A DNA stretch of 56,677 nt, from contig NC_068985.1 of NCBI RefSeq assembly GCF_001194135.2, positions 2,427,625-2,484,301 on the forward strand. The letters are read 5' to 3'. The position numbers and the translations under genes were made by a program. The notes under the pieces were generated by a model that saw only the letters and a list, made by a program, of their open reading frames with translations, was not told the origin of the DNA and did not search any database. Positions 36,379-50,715 of this stretch are shown here, piece after piece. Source of the DNA: Octopus bimaculoides (Eukaryota). How positions within the stretch are numbered: the stretch's first letter is position 1; every line of letters begins with the position of its first letter.

Positions 36379-37504
36379 TGAACAATCGACTAATGAGCCA
36401 CTGAAAGCCACACACTCTCCCCTTATAGGTCATTAACAGTGCATCCATTACACACCGTCCGCTAATGGCCCTCTAACTCTGCATAAACAACCCACACAGC
36501 CATACACACCCACAATACAGCCTACATACAATCCTGATACAGTCTACTCCCAATGACAATCTCTCAATAATCCTTCAAGCCAACAAAGACTCACACATAA
36601 CCTCCACATAGCTTACATGCGACTGGCATACAAGTCCGTATCAAACATATAACCCACACAGTCCTCACACAACTAATACGCAGTCTACACACAGTTGACT
36701 GACAGTTCAGTCTATTTGCAGTCCACAAACAGTGTTCACATCCATTACCAGAACACTAACAGTCCATAAACTGTTCACTAACAAATAATCTACACCTCAT
36801 TCTTTCTCAAGTCACTAACCACACATACAACGCACATTCTTAAAACATAATAATAGTTACATTATTATTATATTTGGGGAGGGTCATTTTGCCAATAAAC
36901 ACATGCATAATTTATTTGAGCTTCACTTCACTTTTATTATTATTATTATTAATTTATACACCAGAGCTCTTTCGTCACATATATATTACACACACATCAA
37001 ATATCTAGGGCAATATGGATTCGCAGTCAGATAAAATAAATATAACAATATTATTAAGAAATAAGAACATTATCAAATATCCAGATTATCTTAAAATTCA
37101 AATTATTCTGAAATAAAAGGAACATCTCCAAGATTTTATACACAACTCTAAACCTTCCAAAGATAACTTGAAAGACATTACCAATATATTGTCTTTATAT
37201 TCTTCGCTTAGATTAAGTTAATATCTTCTATTTTCTAATATTTCTCAATCCACAAAATATGATTTCAAACCAAAATCTCTACCATGTCTTCCAGTATTGT
37301 CATCCCTTCTTTCCAAAGTTCCACTAAGCTGAGCAGCAAGTATTAAGAAATCAAGGGTGACGAATAATTAATTAACACCACACTTCATTTCACATGACAG
37401 GTGTGAGCAGGTAGACATTATATTAGAGCAGTGTTACTCATAGGGGAAACTGTGTGCTACAGATGGGAGACAGGATACCTTTGTGGACAGAAAAGAGGGA
37501 CACG

Positions 37505-37700
37505 GTTCTATATTTAAGAGATGAGGAATTATGTACATTATTTACATTATTTACATTATTTACATTTGATGGATAGTTGTCCCTATTTTGTTTGTTGTTA
37601 ACAAAACGTTTCAGCTGATATACCCTCCAGCCTTCATCAGGTGTCTTGGAGAAATTTCGAACCTGGGTTCTCATTCCTAAGGTATTTTTTTCTATGTTGT
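37505..37700 (-). mobile_element. Hammerhead-SINE family D, copy 4 (3' half including terminus)
   Basis: Minus strand gacacCTGATGAaggctggagggtatatcagctGAAAcgttttgtt...gtacataattcctcatctcttaaatatagaac. Followed on + by a gtcatcgatgac palindrome and a (GAT/GAC)n run. Confidence 0.85.
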
Positions 37701-38713
37701 CGTCGTCATCGATGACAACAGTGATGATGATGATGATAATGGTGATGAAGATGATGACAACGACGATGCTGATGATGACGATGACAGCGACGACGAAGAC
37801 GATGACGATAATTCTACTCAATCAGGACAGGCTTGTAACTCAACAACAACTTTCTACTCAGGCTCAATATAAACGCCATTAATTCAACAATATAGATATG
37901 TGGTGGTGGTGGGTCGTGGCAGCCAAGAGATGTGTGGTCAATGAAATGTCTTTGCTTAGTCTTAAAAAGACAATGTTGGCGTACGAGAAATGTGAACTGG
38001 GAGTGCAAAGGAAAATGAAGTCCAATGTTTTAACGTTCTTCCATTACTTTTGCTTCTTATTCCAGAAATGGCAGCCAAATCTCCCTTACTTAAGGAAAAT
38101 GATGAACAAGGTGGATCATGTAGTCCTTGGTATACTAAGACATAGAATAATCAAAAAAAGTTGAGAGTTTAATTTGAATAACAATGCATATACCCAGGGT
38201 AACTGGGTCCAAGGTTGTTTACAGTATAATTAGCAATTAGGGATTAATTAACCTCTCCTTAGATAGAAAATGATCATTCCTTTTCTAATGAAGATCGAAG
38301 AAGGCTACAAATTAATCAGGTCAACCTTGTTTTTTAATTTGCATAGACAGAGATAAAATATGTAGGGGTCACAGTTTTGTTTACTTTTCTCAGTGGCCCC
38401 ACAATTGTAAGCTTACCAAAAGCTTTACCTAAACTCCCATTGCATTTAAAATTATGCTCAATATTCTATTAAGTACGTTATTAATTAACATCCCTGTGTC
38501 AGCATCTGCCCTGTTATGCAAATTAAACGAAGCAGTTTTGTGAAGTCCTGTTATGTAGAACAGTTGTAAGATGCAGTTATTTCTGTGGATAGAAAATAGG
38601 TACATATACATGTATGTGTGTGTGTGCTACAAATATACACACACACATATACATGTATATGTATATATATATCTAACCATCTGTCTGTTTCTCTTTCTCT
38701 TTCTCTCTTTACA

Positions 38714-38750
<37 letters not shown>

Positions 38751-38789
38751 TAGACAGATATAGAGAGGTACAGATATATATAAATATAG

Positions 38790-38839
<50 letters not shown>

Positions 38840-39087
38840 TCATATCAGAAGATGGAATCAACAAGTTTGGGATTTTAAACCTCAGCTTAATTTAAGCCTA
38901 TTTCTTCTGATCTGCAAAAGATTTTCTCCATCACTGAAATGCTACACAGACAAATACTATAAGAATTTCTGACATAAGTATAATGATTTATAGACGTATG
39001 AGTGGGAGAAAACCCGAAGCTGTGATGTTCATGCTGTCATTTTTATTTATGTGTTATCAATGGCATAACTAACATCTAGTTTTAAGC

Positions 39088-39270
39088 TCATCATCATCAT
39101 TTAACTCCCGTTTTCCATGCTGGCATGGGTTGGACGGTTTGACAGGAACTGGCAAGGCCAGGAGCTGCACCTGGTTCCATAGTCTGTTTTGGAATTGTTT
39201 CTACAGCTTTTTGATGCCAACAATTTTACAGAGTGTACTAGGTGCTTTTATACATGGCTCCAGCACCAGT
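39088..39270 (-). mobile_element. Family A element, decayed
   Basis: catcatcatcatttaactcccgttttccatgctggcatgggttggacgg. Confidence 0.75.
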
Positions 39271-40669
39271 GTTGACAGGATCAACAAGTACCTTGACAAG
39301 CAGCAGGTGAGAGATTTAAGGTACAGGTGGGGACAGACATAGATGTCTTAATGCGGAATAGATACATGAAGGCTCCAGCTGGAAAACAAAGGAAAGCGAA
39401 TAAGACAAAAAGAGAGATAGTAAGAAAGATGATGACGGGTATGTGTTGGGACATGTTTTCAAATGACATTAAGGGTGGTGAGAGTAGATGAGGTGATAGA
39501 GAGGGTTGGGTGTGTGGGCAGGATGAGGTGACTGTAGGAAACAAAGAGAAATATATGGGAGGCTCAGGGGAAAGGGTTTGCAGTAGGTGTGTGCTGCTAT
39601 TAATTAGATATTTAATTTCTACAATAGAAAAAGAAGAGTTGTTAAACAGTGTCTCTTATTAACTTACAATATTTGGCTGCTTCAAGAAAGTTCTCCAAAT
39701 TCACTCCTCATTGCCAAAAGGGATGTATGTGTGTGTTTGTATGTAAGCATGTACATATCTATCTATCTATGTATGGATGTGTGCATGTATGCAGAAGTAT
39801 TGATTTCTTACTGAAATACATGGGTTCAAGTTTGCTGAGCAAAGGAAATGAGGTTATGTAACGTTATGTGTCTCTCAAATGACTCTTCAGCAGAGGGAAA
39901 ATTAAATAACTTCAAACAGAAATTGAAAGCAATTCATAAAATTGGCTTCAGCAGAGTCTGTCTCCATTCCATGCTGATGTTGCTTGCATATATTTTGTAT
40001 TTTACATACAGCTTCCACTATGGGAAGTTTCCTTCATCAGCTCTTGACTGTTAATCATAATTATTTCACTTTCTTTTAACAGTATCACATCCTCCTCTAG
40101 TTGTACCAAACAGCCTTGAGGCTAATAAGGAGGGTCTGAGTCATTTCGGCTCACATTGCTGCATATTTCTGCTCTCCTATGCTATCCATTCTAACCATGC
40201 AGTAGCAAATTTGTTTTACAACTTTGCTAAAGATCGATTCTTTGCTCTCAGCTTTTCTCTTTCTGTGGTATACCTCTGCTATGTTCATGATGAGGCGTTT
40301 CCTACTTCCTTCTGTAACTTTCGCAACAAGTGCTAAGGAAAAGGTATAATGAATTATCAGAGAGAACTAACTTTCATTTTCTAAGTGACAGAAAGGAAAT
40401 GGGTATAACCCACCTTTGATGTAAAAACCTGTGTTGCAAAACATCTTCCCTGGTCCAAAAATATTTCCTGAATAGTGAAAGACTTCATAAATTATTTAAC
40501 AATAACAACATAAAAATGAGCTACAGCTGTAGGAAAATTTGTCAACTACCTTTCAAAACTAGAGAACAGAACTCTGATTCCTACAATCCAAGGTACTTTT
40601 GAATGGGCTGGGGCTGGTTATGTAAAACTGGTGTAGGATACAGCCGTGAACTCACTTTATTTGCCAGGT

Positions 40670-41480
40670 CATGGGCTGAGGACGACAACATGCAATTTAA
40701 TGCAGGCAAATTCCAAGCCCTCCACTACCAGCTAATTGGTCACACCCACAATACTTTGAACCAAAGGGAGCAGTAATCCCAGAATCACATACGGTGTGTG
40801 ACCTTGGGATTGATATGAGCAACGATGCCTCATTTCACATGCATATCACCAATATGGTGGCAGTGTATGGGCAAATGGTTGGATGGATTCTGAGAACCTT
40901 CAGAACAAGAGACAGAGAGACTATGCTGGTCCTATGCAGGGCATTTGTCCTCAGCCATCTGGACTACTGCTCTCAACTGTGGTCACCCTAGAGTGTTGGA
41001 TTAATAGCATAACTTGAGGCAGTTCAGTGATGTTACACAAGAAGGATTGCATCAATGGAACAGCTGAGCTTCTGCAAGAGACTGAAAGAGCTACAACTCC
41101 ACTCCTTAGAGTGAGGACAGGAGAGGTTTGCAGTGATATATGTGTGGAAGATACTGGAGGGGCTGGCACTAAAGTTTGGAATTAAGAGTTACACCAGACG
41201 TTGAGTTAGAAATCACTGGACTGCCCCAAAGGCCCCAGCTGTCCCATCTAAGGTGAGGACCATGTACTGCAATAGCTTGGGATTCAAGGTCCCACACCTA
41301 TTGAACACCTTGCTAAAACATCTGAGGGATTTCCATGGAGTGGGGTGGCGGCAGATGTTTTCAAAAACCAAACTTGACCTCTTGCTATCCAAGATCCCAG
41401 ATGAACCAATTTCAAGGCAGGAAACTCAAAAGATGGCAGCAGTGTCGAGTTCCCTCCTTCACCAAAAGCCAATCACATAG
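40670..41480 (+). mobile_element. Decayed CR1-clade LINE, RT C-terminal region
   Basis: WAEDDNMQFNAGKFQAL, DLGIDMSNDASFHMHI..GWILRTFRTRDRETMLVLCRAFVLSHLDYCSQLWSP, LEAVQ*.YTRRI and RLKELQLHSLE. Confidence 0.85.
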
Positions 41481-41639
41481 GACTGGCCAATTAAAAGGTG
41501 ATTACACTGATGGTACTCCAGCTTGGCCACAGCCTTAGGACTGAAGCATATAAAAGAATGAAATATTTTATCCTGTTTGCTAATGATTCTGCCAGCTCGC
41601 TGCCTTTCAACAATCGGAAATATTAAGTGAAAAGAGGGT

Positions 41640-42130
41640 ATCATAAGCATAAGCCAGAAAATGGCTGAAAGACGGACAAAGAGAGAACAGTTTGGAATAT
41701 ACTGTTCTATAACTTTGGAGTTTAAGGATAATCAGCCTGGCACTGTTTTCATGAGCCGCCAGGAAAGAAATTACCTCATAATCGAAATATCAATGCCAAC
41801 CGATGATAATGGATTTCTGAAAGAAATCAAAAAGTTATCTGAATAAAAAAACTCTGGAAACAGAGATAACAAGAACACAAGGCCTGCAAACTGAAACCAC
41901 CTCTGTGACTATTGGCTCTTTGGGAATCATTTAAAAAACAATCCAAATAGTCAAAATCCCAGAACTTACAAATATGCTCACCATTGCAGCACCAAGCACT
42001 GCTTCTATACAGAATAATGTCAATAGAAGCAACAAAACAAAGACAAAACACTGCACCTACCAAAAGCCTGCACAGTTGCACTCAGTAGTGTTGTGAATAC
42101 AGCATCAACAACAATAATGTTTGCTTTATG

Positions 42131-42160
<30 letters not shown>
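41640..42160 (+). mobile_element. R4/Dong LINE 3' fragment with (TAA)n tail
   Basis: NQPGTVFMSRQERNYLIIEISMPTDDNGFLKEIKKLSE..LETEITR...VTIGSLGII; same family as 9132-9439. Confidence 0.75.
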
Positions 42161-42164
<4 letters not shown>

Positions 42165-42769
42165 CAACAAAACAATACATTAACAAAGTGGAGATGAGAC
42201 AAAATGGTATTTACAAAGGATTATCAATTGATTTCACTGTCCTAATCCTATACGTATATTTAATCTATGCTGTACATAAGTTGAGCTTCTGCATGCCATT
42301 TAAATATCTAACTTTCAGATCAATGTATTGATGACTAACTGTAGAGCAAGTTGTAACTTTCTCATCTATAATTCCCTGTATACAACCAACAGAGAAACGA
42401 AAGACAAGATTTGTCATTTAATTGATGAGTACAGAAAAGGAAAGCTTCTGCTGGGTGAAATTATAAAATATTCAAAGAAACGTCAAAACTCACCTTTCCT
42501 CACACAAACTTATATTAACAATTTTATTAATTGTGTTTTTTATTTTTATTTTTTTGCTAAGTCAAACTATTGCAAACTTTCACAAATTTTAGTCTTTTTT
42601 GGTGCTTTCTTATTCATTTCTTTTTTTTCTTTCTGCTTGGTGAAGCAAACTTGACAACATAGTTTCAATTTCTGACTTGAGTCAGTCATTTTGATTCTTT
42701 TCCTTAAAAGTTACCCGATTTTCTGTTAAGAAGCTGTTTGGCTTACACCTTTGTCTTTTCTCTTTGCAT

Positions 42770-43022
42770 ACAAACACACATACATATATACACATACATA
42801 CGTGCACACACATACATACGTGCACACACATACATACGTGCACACACATACATACATGCACACACATGCATACAAGCACACACATACACACACACACACA
42901 CCGATATGCATACACACGCGCACACATACATACACACACGTACACGCATATACATACATACATACTCACATACATATACATGTGCATGCGTACATACACA
43001 CACACACACACACACACACAAC
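42770..43022. repeat. (CA)/(CATA) microsatellite with an 18-bp higher-order repeat
   Basis: acacatacatacgtgcac repeated about three times, then a degenerate copy. Confidence 0.85.
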
Positions 43023-43024
43023 AA

Positions 43025-44345
43025 ATCAGTGCACTCAACAAAACAGTGGCCCGCAATGTGTTTTGGCAGTGCCAGTACTCATACCAACATTTGGGCTGCT
43101 TGATTGGATGCTTGATGAGATCCAAGCCGTTGATGTGAAAACCCAGAAGATATTCATAAGCCCACGTGATTCCCATATCAACAGTGATGTAGACTGCCTC
43201 TACCTTAAATGGAAACAAGGCGGCAGAGTTTTAATATTGATCCAGACTGCCTTCGAACATCATATCGTATCCTATTGGCAACATCTTTTAACCAAGTGTC
43301 AAAGTGCATCTCTTGACCAAGTTTACATAGATGAGGCTGATAAAATCATAAGACTTGTAAGGCAGCTCCTTGAGCAACACTCTTCGTCTGATAACCTAGA
43401 ATACATGCCCAAAGAAGTTGCACGACTCTAACGCTACGTATCATCAGATGAAAGGATGAGCCTGTATGAGCAGAAGACTATGCATGGATATGTTAGTAGA
43501 AAGGTAAGAAATGATAACATTGGTCATCGAAGCAGTTCATCATAGCCCAACAGCCGGATTACTACTTTGAAGGGTATGTGTTTGAAATCCAAGAACAGGA
43601 AATATCAACCAAGTACCTGATGCACAAAAGGGATAGAGATACAGGAAAAGCTGTAAAATGTGACAACTGATGCAGACTNNNNNNNNNNAAGCTGTAAAAT
43701 GTGACAACTGATGCAGACTTTGTGGAGTTAACACTGAAGATATCACCCGCATCATAAGCAGTTGTCTGAAAATGTCATCACAGTATTATCTACAAATGAG
43801 ACATGAAGCTGTAGCTAGGACATTGTATAACGAGATCCGTCAAAAGGATAACCCCGAGGACAAAGAAATAAGAACCCACAGTATGGTAGGTGCCATAGCC
43901 TCTTCATAATAAAAAGGAATACTGGTGGAATGTCCCAGTGAAGACCTCAATAAAATGTGAGCACAACAGACCTGGTATAATGATTTGAGATAGAGAAGAG
44001 TAACTGTCCACAGTAGTGGTGGAAACTAGCTACCCAACAGATTTTAATATAAAGCTGAAGTTTGGTGAAAAAGAGAATACCTGTGCTGAACTATTGAGAA
44101 ATCTACAGTTACTCTATCCAGATTACAAGTTCAGGTTTATACCCTGGGATATGGAACACACTGTCAAAATACCAATCTTGAGACATTAGGCTTCTCAAAA
44201 CCAGAAAGGAAAAAGCTAATTTGAAAATTACAGATCCAATCCATTACTGGAGCTGTAAAAATCTGTAACTTTCCAGAAGTTTAACATTTAAATGTATATG
44301 AACATGTCTAGATATGCAAATATATGCATGAGAACACATACATAA
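43025..44345 (+). mobile_element. R4/Dong LINE, RT C-terminus through REL endonuclease, decayed
   Basis: [29 protein letters not shown]...HINSDVDCLYLKWKQGGR, EDITRIISSCLKMSSQYYL.MRHEAVA and YAELLRNLQLLYPDYKFRFIP. Confidence 0.9.
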
Positions 44346-44699
44346 AACAAAACATACAAATCTACTCACATACATACATACATACACATATACATACATA
44401 CATACATACATACATACATACATACCCTGTTGATGATTTTGAAATTCCAATGAAGGAGCCTTGGATCTAGGTTAGAAACTGGCTCATACTCTATTGGCAA
44501 GAAATCTTGAAATAAAACTGAATAACACACACACACACACTTACATACGTGTATTATAGTATAGTTTGGTGTGTGCAAGCTCACGTGTTTGTTTTGTTTT
44601 TAGTTTCAAATCTTCAGGATTTTGAGAAAAAATAATTATGAAGGTTCTCGTACTTGTGTGGAGGAGAAAAGGACAAAGAATGAGCTGAGGGTGTTTTGG

Positions 44700-45720
44700 G
44701 AAAAGGGTTGAAATAAGGTTTGAAAATATGGCCATTAAATTCTGTATTAGGATAATGGCTAAAAGCAAATAGATTGGTTATGGAATTGAATTTTAAAAAA
44801 AAGACTGTTTTTGTTGATAAGAAAGGGAGATAATTTATATTCATGGTTCGGCTGTTAATTACATCTGAGGTGTGAATAAATTTTGAGGCCTGAGAGTTAC
44901 ATTAAAACCAACATTAAGTTTCAAAGTGTTTAAAGATAAATACTTAAGTGTAGTTATAGATTATAAAATTCAATTGTAAAGTTATAGGAAATAGGATCGG
45001 TCATTTTAAGTATCTTAAGAATAATATTAAATTTGTTTAGTCTACCATGGAATTCGGTGGAAGAAAAAGAGATTAGGAAAGACGGCAATGAAACTATATT
45101 TGTTAAAGTAGAAATTAAAAACAAAATTGAAGATATGAGAAGAATATTATTAAATTTATGTAGTTTACCAGAATTTAGGTTGTGAAAAAGTGAAATTACT
45201 ATAAAAGGATATTTGTTTCAATTACTATATAAGGCTGTTTGTCGAACTTAGAATATTAAAATAGAGCCTAAGTGAAGGAAAATTATATGAAAAGGAAAAG
45301 AAACTTTTAGATGTTAGAAGAATTCTATGAAATTAGTTTAGGTGGAAGAAAAAAATAATAAAACAACTGACCATATGATGGTATTTGTGAAACTGTGAAT
45401 GAGAGAGATTCATTCAGAAGGATGTTATTAAATTTATTTAGCTCCCTTAATTTGGGTAAAAGAAAAACAAAGTTAAAGGGCCTTATAACAGTTTTCATTA
45501 AACAAGAGGATATTAAAAATAAAGTCAGGAAATATAATCGTATAAGAAAAATAAGCTCTTAAACTCCAGGAATAATAACTGAACGAAAGTATGTACGACT
45601 CTCAGGAGAGAATGAAATATAATAAAGAGGAGCAAATTCTTTGGGTGAAGAAATAAGAAATATGCGCAATTGAACATGGATATATGCTTAGATATATATA
45701 AATACACATCTAGAAAAATA
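44700..45720 (+). mobile_element. Possible highly decayed L1/Tx1 ORF2 C-terminus
   Basis: Purine-rich, with fragments LFSLPW, GYLFQLLYKAV and TTDH....ICETV resembling the zf-RVT region; weak. Confidence 0.3.
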
Positions 45721-45729
45721 TGCTACCTA

Positions 45730-45890
45730 CGTAGGAGTGGCTGTGTAGTAAGTAGCTTGCTTACCAACCACATGGTTCCGGGTTCAGTCCCACTGCATGG
45801 CACCTTGGTCAAGTGTCTTCTACTATAGCCTTGGGCTGACCAAAGCCTTGTGAGTGGATTTGGTAGACAGAAACTGAAAGAAGCCGGGTC
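45730..45890 (+). mobile_element. Family B CORE-SINE head
   Basis: aggagtggctgtgtagtaagtagc...ggttcagtcccactg...gaaactgaaagaagcc. Confidence 0.9.
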
Positions 45891-46143
45891 TTCTCAATCA
45901 CAGCATATCTCCAAAGTCATCATGGAGCATGGCAAGTTGTTTGAAACCTTTCTTCTTCCCAGAAATCTTTATTGAACATTGTACATTCACTGTATGTGTT
46001 CATTTATCACATGTAGGAATAAAACCTTGAACTTGAAGAAACACTTTCTTTTGTTCTGAGTTGTGGAGTAACTTGGTCAGGTGGGACAATACTGGACAGT
46101 GAGAGAAAATGACTTTAAAGTGCAAACGTTTTAATTAATTTAA

Positions 46144-46364
46144 CCCTTTCGATACCAACCCGGCTGAAACCACCTCTGACTCTGAGTACAAATGTCTTGT
46201 TTTCATAAGTTTTGAATTAAAATCTTCCACCAAATCTTAGTCACAATGTCTGTTCCTAACAGTAGCTTAATGATAACTAAGTTATTTTACTAAATTCTTT
46301 GTTATATTTAAAATTAATTGAAAGAAACACAGAGCATCTCAACAGAAATAGGGTAACGAAAGGG
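46144..46364. mobile_element. piggyBac-type MITE (221 bp) with TTAA TSD
   Basis: TTAA-ccctttcgatacc ... ggtaacgaaaggg-TTAA; terminal inverted repeats match at 12/13. Confidence 0.85.
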
Positions 46365-46387
46365 TTAAGTAAATTGCCAGGTATAAG

Positions 46388-46615
46388 CATAGGCATGTCT
46401 GTGTGGTAAGAAGCTTGCATCCCAACCTTATGGCTCTGGTTTCAATCTCACTCTGGCACCTTGGGCAAATATCTTCTACTATAGCTTCAGGCTGACCAAA
46501 ACTGTGTGAGTGAATATGGTAGACAGAAACTGAAAGAAGACCTTGTGTGTGTGTGTGTGATTGTCCGCAACGACTGCTTCACAACCGGTGTTGGTATGTT
46601 TACATCCCTGTAGTT
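46388..46615 (+). mobile_element. Family B CORE-SINE, partial
   Basis: Head, CORE and (TG)n body. Confidence 0.8.
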
Positions 46616-47375
46616 CCCTGTCTTTCCATTGCTAAAATAATTAGTCTTTTACGGTTTGGTCTAGTTTCTTCAGAGTGAATGAATGGAATATTCTTTTTTC
46701 AATGCCTACGTATAGCTTGGACACCAAAAGATATAGTCATTAACAGTTTTCTCATTGTGTTGTATTTATCTCTTCCTGCTTTTTTTTTTTGCAGAAGAAT
46801 TTTTTCCCTCCCACAATTCTTTCCTATTAAGTTTTTAGCCAAACAACTTTTCCCTCTTGTTTCTTTCCAGACCATTTTCTCTGAATTCTTTACTGCTTTT
46901 AATCAGTTTTACCTTATAGTTTCTTCTTGCAGCATTTTTTTCCATCTCCAAAGTTATCCATTCCTAATCTTTTGCAGTTTTTCTCTCACACACACGTCCC
47001 ACCTTCAATAAATACACAAGTTTTCTTTCTTTCTTTCCAACAAGAATTTTTTGTCAATAATTTATATTTTCTGAAAATTATTCTGTTTTTGATTTCTTTT
47101 CCTTGCAGTTTTTATAACAAAACTCATTTGATTCTCTCATTAAAATAATGTTCATTTCAAAAGGATAAAGATTTAAAAGATGTTAAACTTATTCTAACAG
47201 ACTGTATTAGTCTTTCTATAATGCATGGATACATGTGCACATGTGTGTGTGTGTATGTATGTTCTCTTCTGTTTTTAATTATTTAAATTCTTTCTCTGAG
47301 GAAGAAGCTGGTATCTAAGATACAAAGCTCCATCATTGAAATCTAGATAACAAAAGAATGTCACGCATTTATGCA

Positions 47376-47406
<31 letters not shown>

Positions 47407-47654
47407 AGGTGGTTAGGTAGGTAGGTACAGGTATGTGTGAGCATGCATTTGTATGTAAGTACACACGTATGTTTGTATGCATACATGTATATGTTTATGT
47501 ATGTCATCATCATCATTTAACATCTGTTTTCTATGCTGGCATGGGTTGGACGGTTTGACAGGAGCTGGCATGGAGAGCTGTCCAGACTTCAATTACATAG
47601 TATCACTGTGTACTTGGCCTGCCAAGTACAGTGGTACATATAACTGTATAATGA

Positions 47655-47690
<36 letters not shown>

Positions 47691-48354
47691 GCACATCTGT
47701 CATATCCAGAATGAAGCTTTTTCTGCTTCTTTCTCCCACTGATAAATCCCTGGTTTGCTGTTCTTCCTAAATTTGATAGCAACCCATATGACACGGTAGA
47801 TCCAGACACAAATTGTTGTGCTGGAGGCAGAGAAATGTTCAATAAAGTACAGATGCAGAAAGTCAGTGCATAGAATGGCTGAGAAAAGGCCAAGTGGGGA
47901 AATGCCTAATGGTGGAAAGAACAAGAAAACCTATGTATGGCTGTCTTATCTCACTTATTTGATTTCTCTGTAAACTCCAAAATATTTTAGTAAACCGTAC
48001 ACACAGTGTTCTCTACACAGCTATTAAAAGAAATCCCCTTCTTCATCTGGCTGTATTCTTAGAGCCATTGTCATCATTTAACATTAATTTTCCATGTTAA
48101 CATGAGTTGGACAGTTTAACAAGAGCTGGTACGCCAAAGAGCTGCCCCAAGTTCCATTGTCTGCTTTGGCATGGTAATTCTCTGCAGTATTTGTTCTGGT
48201 TCTGTATTACTCACAGATGTGTATTTAAAAAGAATTATCACCATTTGGGATAAATTTACCTGTAATCACGATCTATTCATAGAAGTAAAAAAATCAGGCA
48301 TCAAAATATGTGATTCCATTTTTTCCTGTCTCCCCTTCATATGGAGGAACATAT

Positions 48355-48785
48355 ACTCTTTTACTCTTTTACTTGTTTCCATCATTTGACTGTGGCCATG
48401 CTGGAGCACCGCCTTTAGTCGAGCAAATCGACCCTTGGACTTATTCTTTGTAAGCCTAGTACNNNNNNNNNNACCCTTGGACTTATTCTTTGTAAGCCTA
48501 GTACTTATTCTATCGGTCTCTTCTGCCGAACCGCTAAGTTACGGGGATGTAAACACACCAGCATTGGTTGTCAAGTGATTTTGGAGGGGACAAACACACA
48601 CACACACACATACATATATACGACAGGATTCTTTCAGTTTCCATCTACCAAATCCACTCACAAGGCTTTGGTCGGCCCGAGGCTATAGTAGAAGACACTG
48701 GCCCAAGGTGCCATGCAGTGGAACTGAACCCACAACCATGTGGTTGGTAAGCAAGCTACTTACCACACAGCCACTCCTGCGCCTA
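48355..48785 (-). mobile_element. Family B CORE-SINE, near full length (spans a 10-N gap)
   Basis: Closely matches 21426-21845. Confidence 0.9.
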
Positions 48786-49706
48786 CATATTTATGAATCT
48801 TACTTTAATGCGAGACTCATCACAAATCAACAGAGATTGTTTAAATATACAGAAATATATTTCATAGAAACAATTAGTAATTGATTTGTGCCATTTTTTC
48901 TAGAGAGAGAGAAATAGAGATAAGATCTCTGTTACCTTTCAATGCCTTGCCATCTGCACCACACATTAAATAAAACTTCTCCAATTCCTTTCATAACTAA
49001 CTTATTCTATTCCCTGTTTTCATTCAGCAGATGATTCTTTATCCAATCAATAAAAGAAAGAAAGAAAGAAAATCTGTTTATGTCATTAGTTAGTTAATCC
49101 AATTATATATCCATTTTGGTTCCAGTGTCTCATCTAGACGATGCTACAAATCCACCAAGCTTAACGTCCAGCTACAATCTTTTGTCTTAATCCTTGCCCA
49201 GTTCCTGTAGCCATCATTCTGATATTATATTTATACAAGTGTCGGACTATTATTTCTTCATTCTTTCCCATAAAATAGAAATCAACATTTATTCCACTAT
49301 TTTTTAGCGTTTAACTTGAGAACTTTATAGTTTTATCACATCAACTATGCTGATTGGGTTTCTGATGTTGTGACAGCAAGCTTTCAGAATTGGTAAATTC
49401 TATCAGAGTCGAGAAATCTATTTAGTAGTAGTGGTGGTGGTGGTGGTGGTGGTGGTGTTAGCAGAACTATGAAAAGTAATGCAAACTGGATCTGATAATG
49501 ATGGTAGGTTGGTGGTTGGCTTTTGCCTTTCTGCTAAGACTGAGAGTATGTCATTAAGGTGGGGAGAACCACCTGCCCAATGGATCACACCCTGTTACTA
49601 TATTCATGTCAAACATTATCAAAATATAAAGGTTCAGACCACATTAGAGTTATCGTGTGTGTGTTAGAATTCAATATCTACACTTAGTAGAGTGTTACAA
49701 AATAAC

Positions 49707-49999
49707 TGGCATTCCATCACTTCCAATGAATATTCCAGTTGATCCATTCAATGGAACAGCCTATTCAGGAAATCAATGAGCAAGTGATTGAGTGTGCCAC
49801 AGGCCCACACAAACCATTAATGTAGGCCTCAAGGAGATTCTGCATGACACAAAATACAACTTGTCTTTCCCAGCTGAGTGGACTGGAGCAATGTGAAATA
49901 AAGTGTCTTGCTCAAGGACACAATACACCACTGGGAATCGAACTCACGACTTTATATTCGTGAAATGAATACCTTAACCACTAAGTCACGTGCCTTCAC
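49707..49999 (-). mobile_element. SINE family E
   Basis: Reverse complement match to 27035-27347. Confidence 0.8.
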
Positions 50000-50001
50000 C
50001 T

Positions 50002-50376
50002 TTATTACCTCCACCTTAGCCAAGGCACAGGTATTGTTTTCAGTTGTGTTTGTATGTGTGTTTGTCTCTAGACAAGATATCTCAAGAACTGCTCGATGGA
50101 TTCGGATGAAACTTTCAGGGATGTTTAGCTTCGTGACTGACACAAACTGATTAGATTTTGGGATCGATCCGGTACCGGACAAGGATTCTGGATTATTTTC
50201 CTGTTTTTTTTTTACTTAATTTTTGAGAGCAGTCGGATTCACTTTTAGTATTCTCGTCTGTGAGAGCAGTCAAGTTTATTTCAGATATTCTCATTTTAAA
50301 AATCGTCTCTGGCTAATCGTTGAGAGGATGTTGACGTTGCCTTGGCAGAGGTTTACGCTCTCTGAGTGCTCTTGTT
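50002..50376 (+). mobile_element. Helentron-associated non-autonomous element (HINE/DINE-1-like)
   Basis: ttattacctcc..gccaagg start, internal GTTT/GTCT-like repeat, ccttggcagagg subterminal inverted repeat, terminal hairpin cgctctctgagtgc and TT flanks. Confidence 0.7.
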
Positions 50377-50715
50377 CTTAATGAAATGATGCCATTGTTT
50401 AATCCCTCTATGAAATCTTAAACTATGACATAAGTTGAAAGATATTAACTGTGGTGTCATCTGTTTTCGAGGATAGTTATTACAATATCACAAACACTTA
50501 AATATATTATTTATGATGCTGTAAACCTTCAAACATACCAGCTGTTATGGCATATACTTAAAGACCAAATTGTATCATGTGATATACAAGCTAAGAGCAT
50601 TTTAAGTCACTCAATTCAACAAGAACTTAAGTAGCTAAATTTCTGCTGAAATATTAATGTTTGATGATAATAAAGATTGGTAAGGAAATGGTTTTTCACT
50701 GCCAATTTATTTATA

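Noticed and set aside
42682-43431. 226-aa and overlapping ORFs
   Set aside because: They are (CA)n microsatellite fused in frame to a decayed R4/Dong RT fragment, not a host gene.
43648-43719. Apparent tandem duplication aagctgtaaaatgtgacaactgatgcagact
   Set aside because: Same 10-N gap overlap artefact.
48431-48502. Apparent tandem duplication of acccttggacttattctttgtaagcctagtac
   Set aside because: The copies sit on either side of a 10-N gap, typical of unmerged contig overlap.
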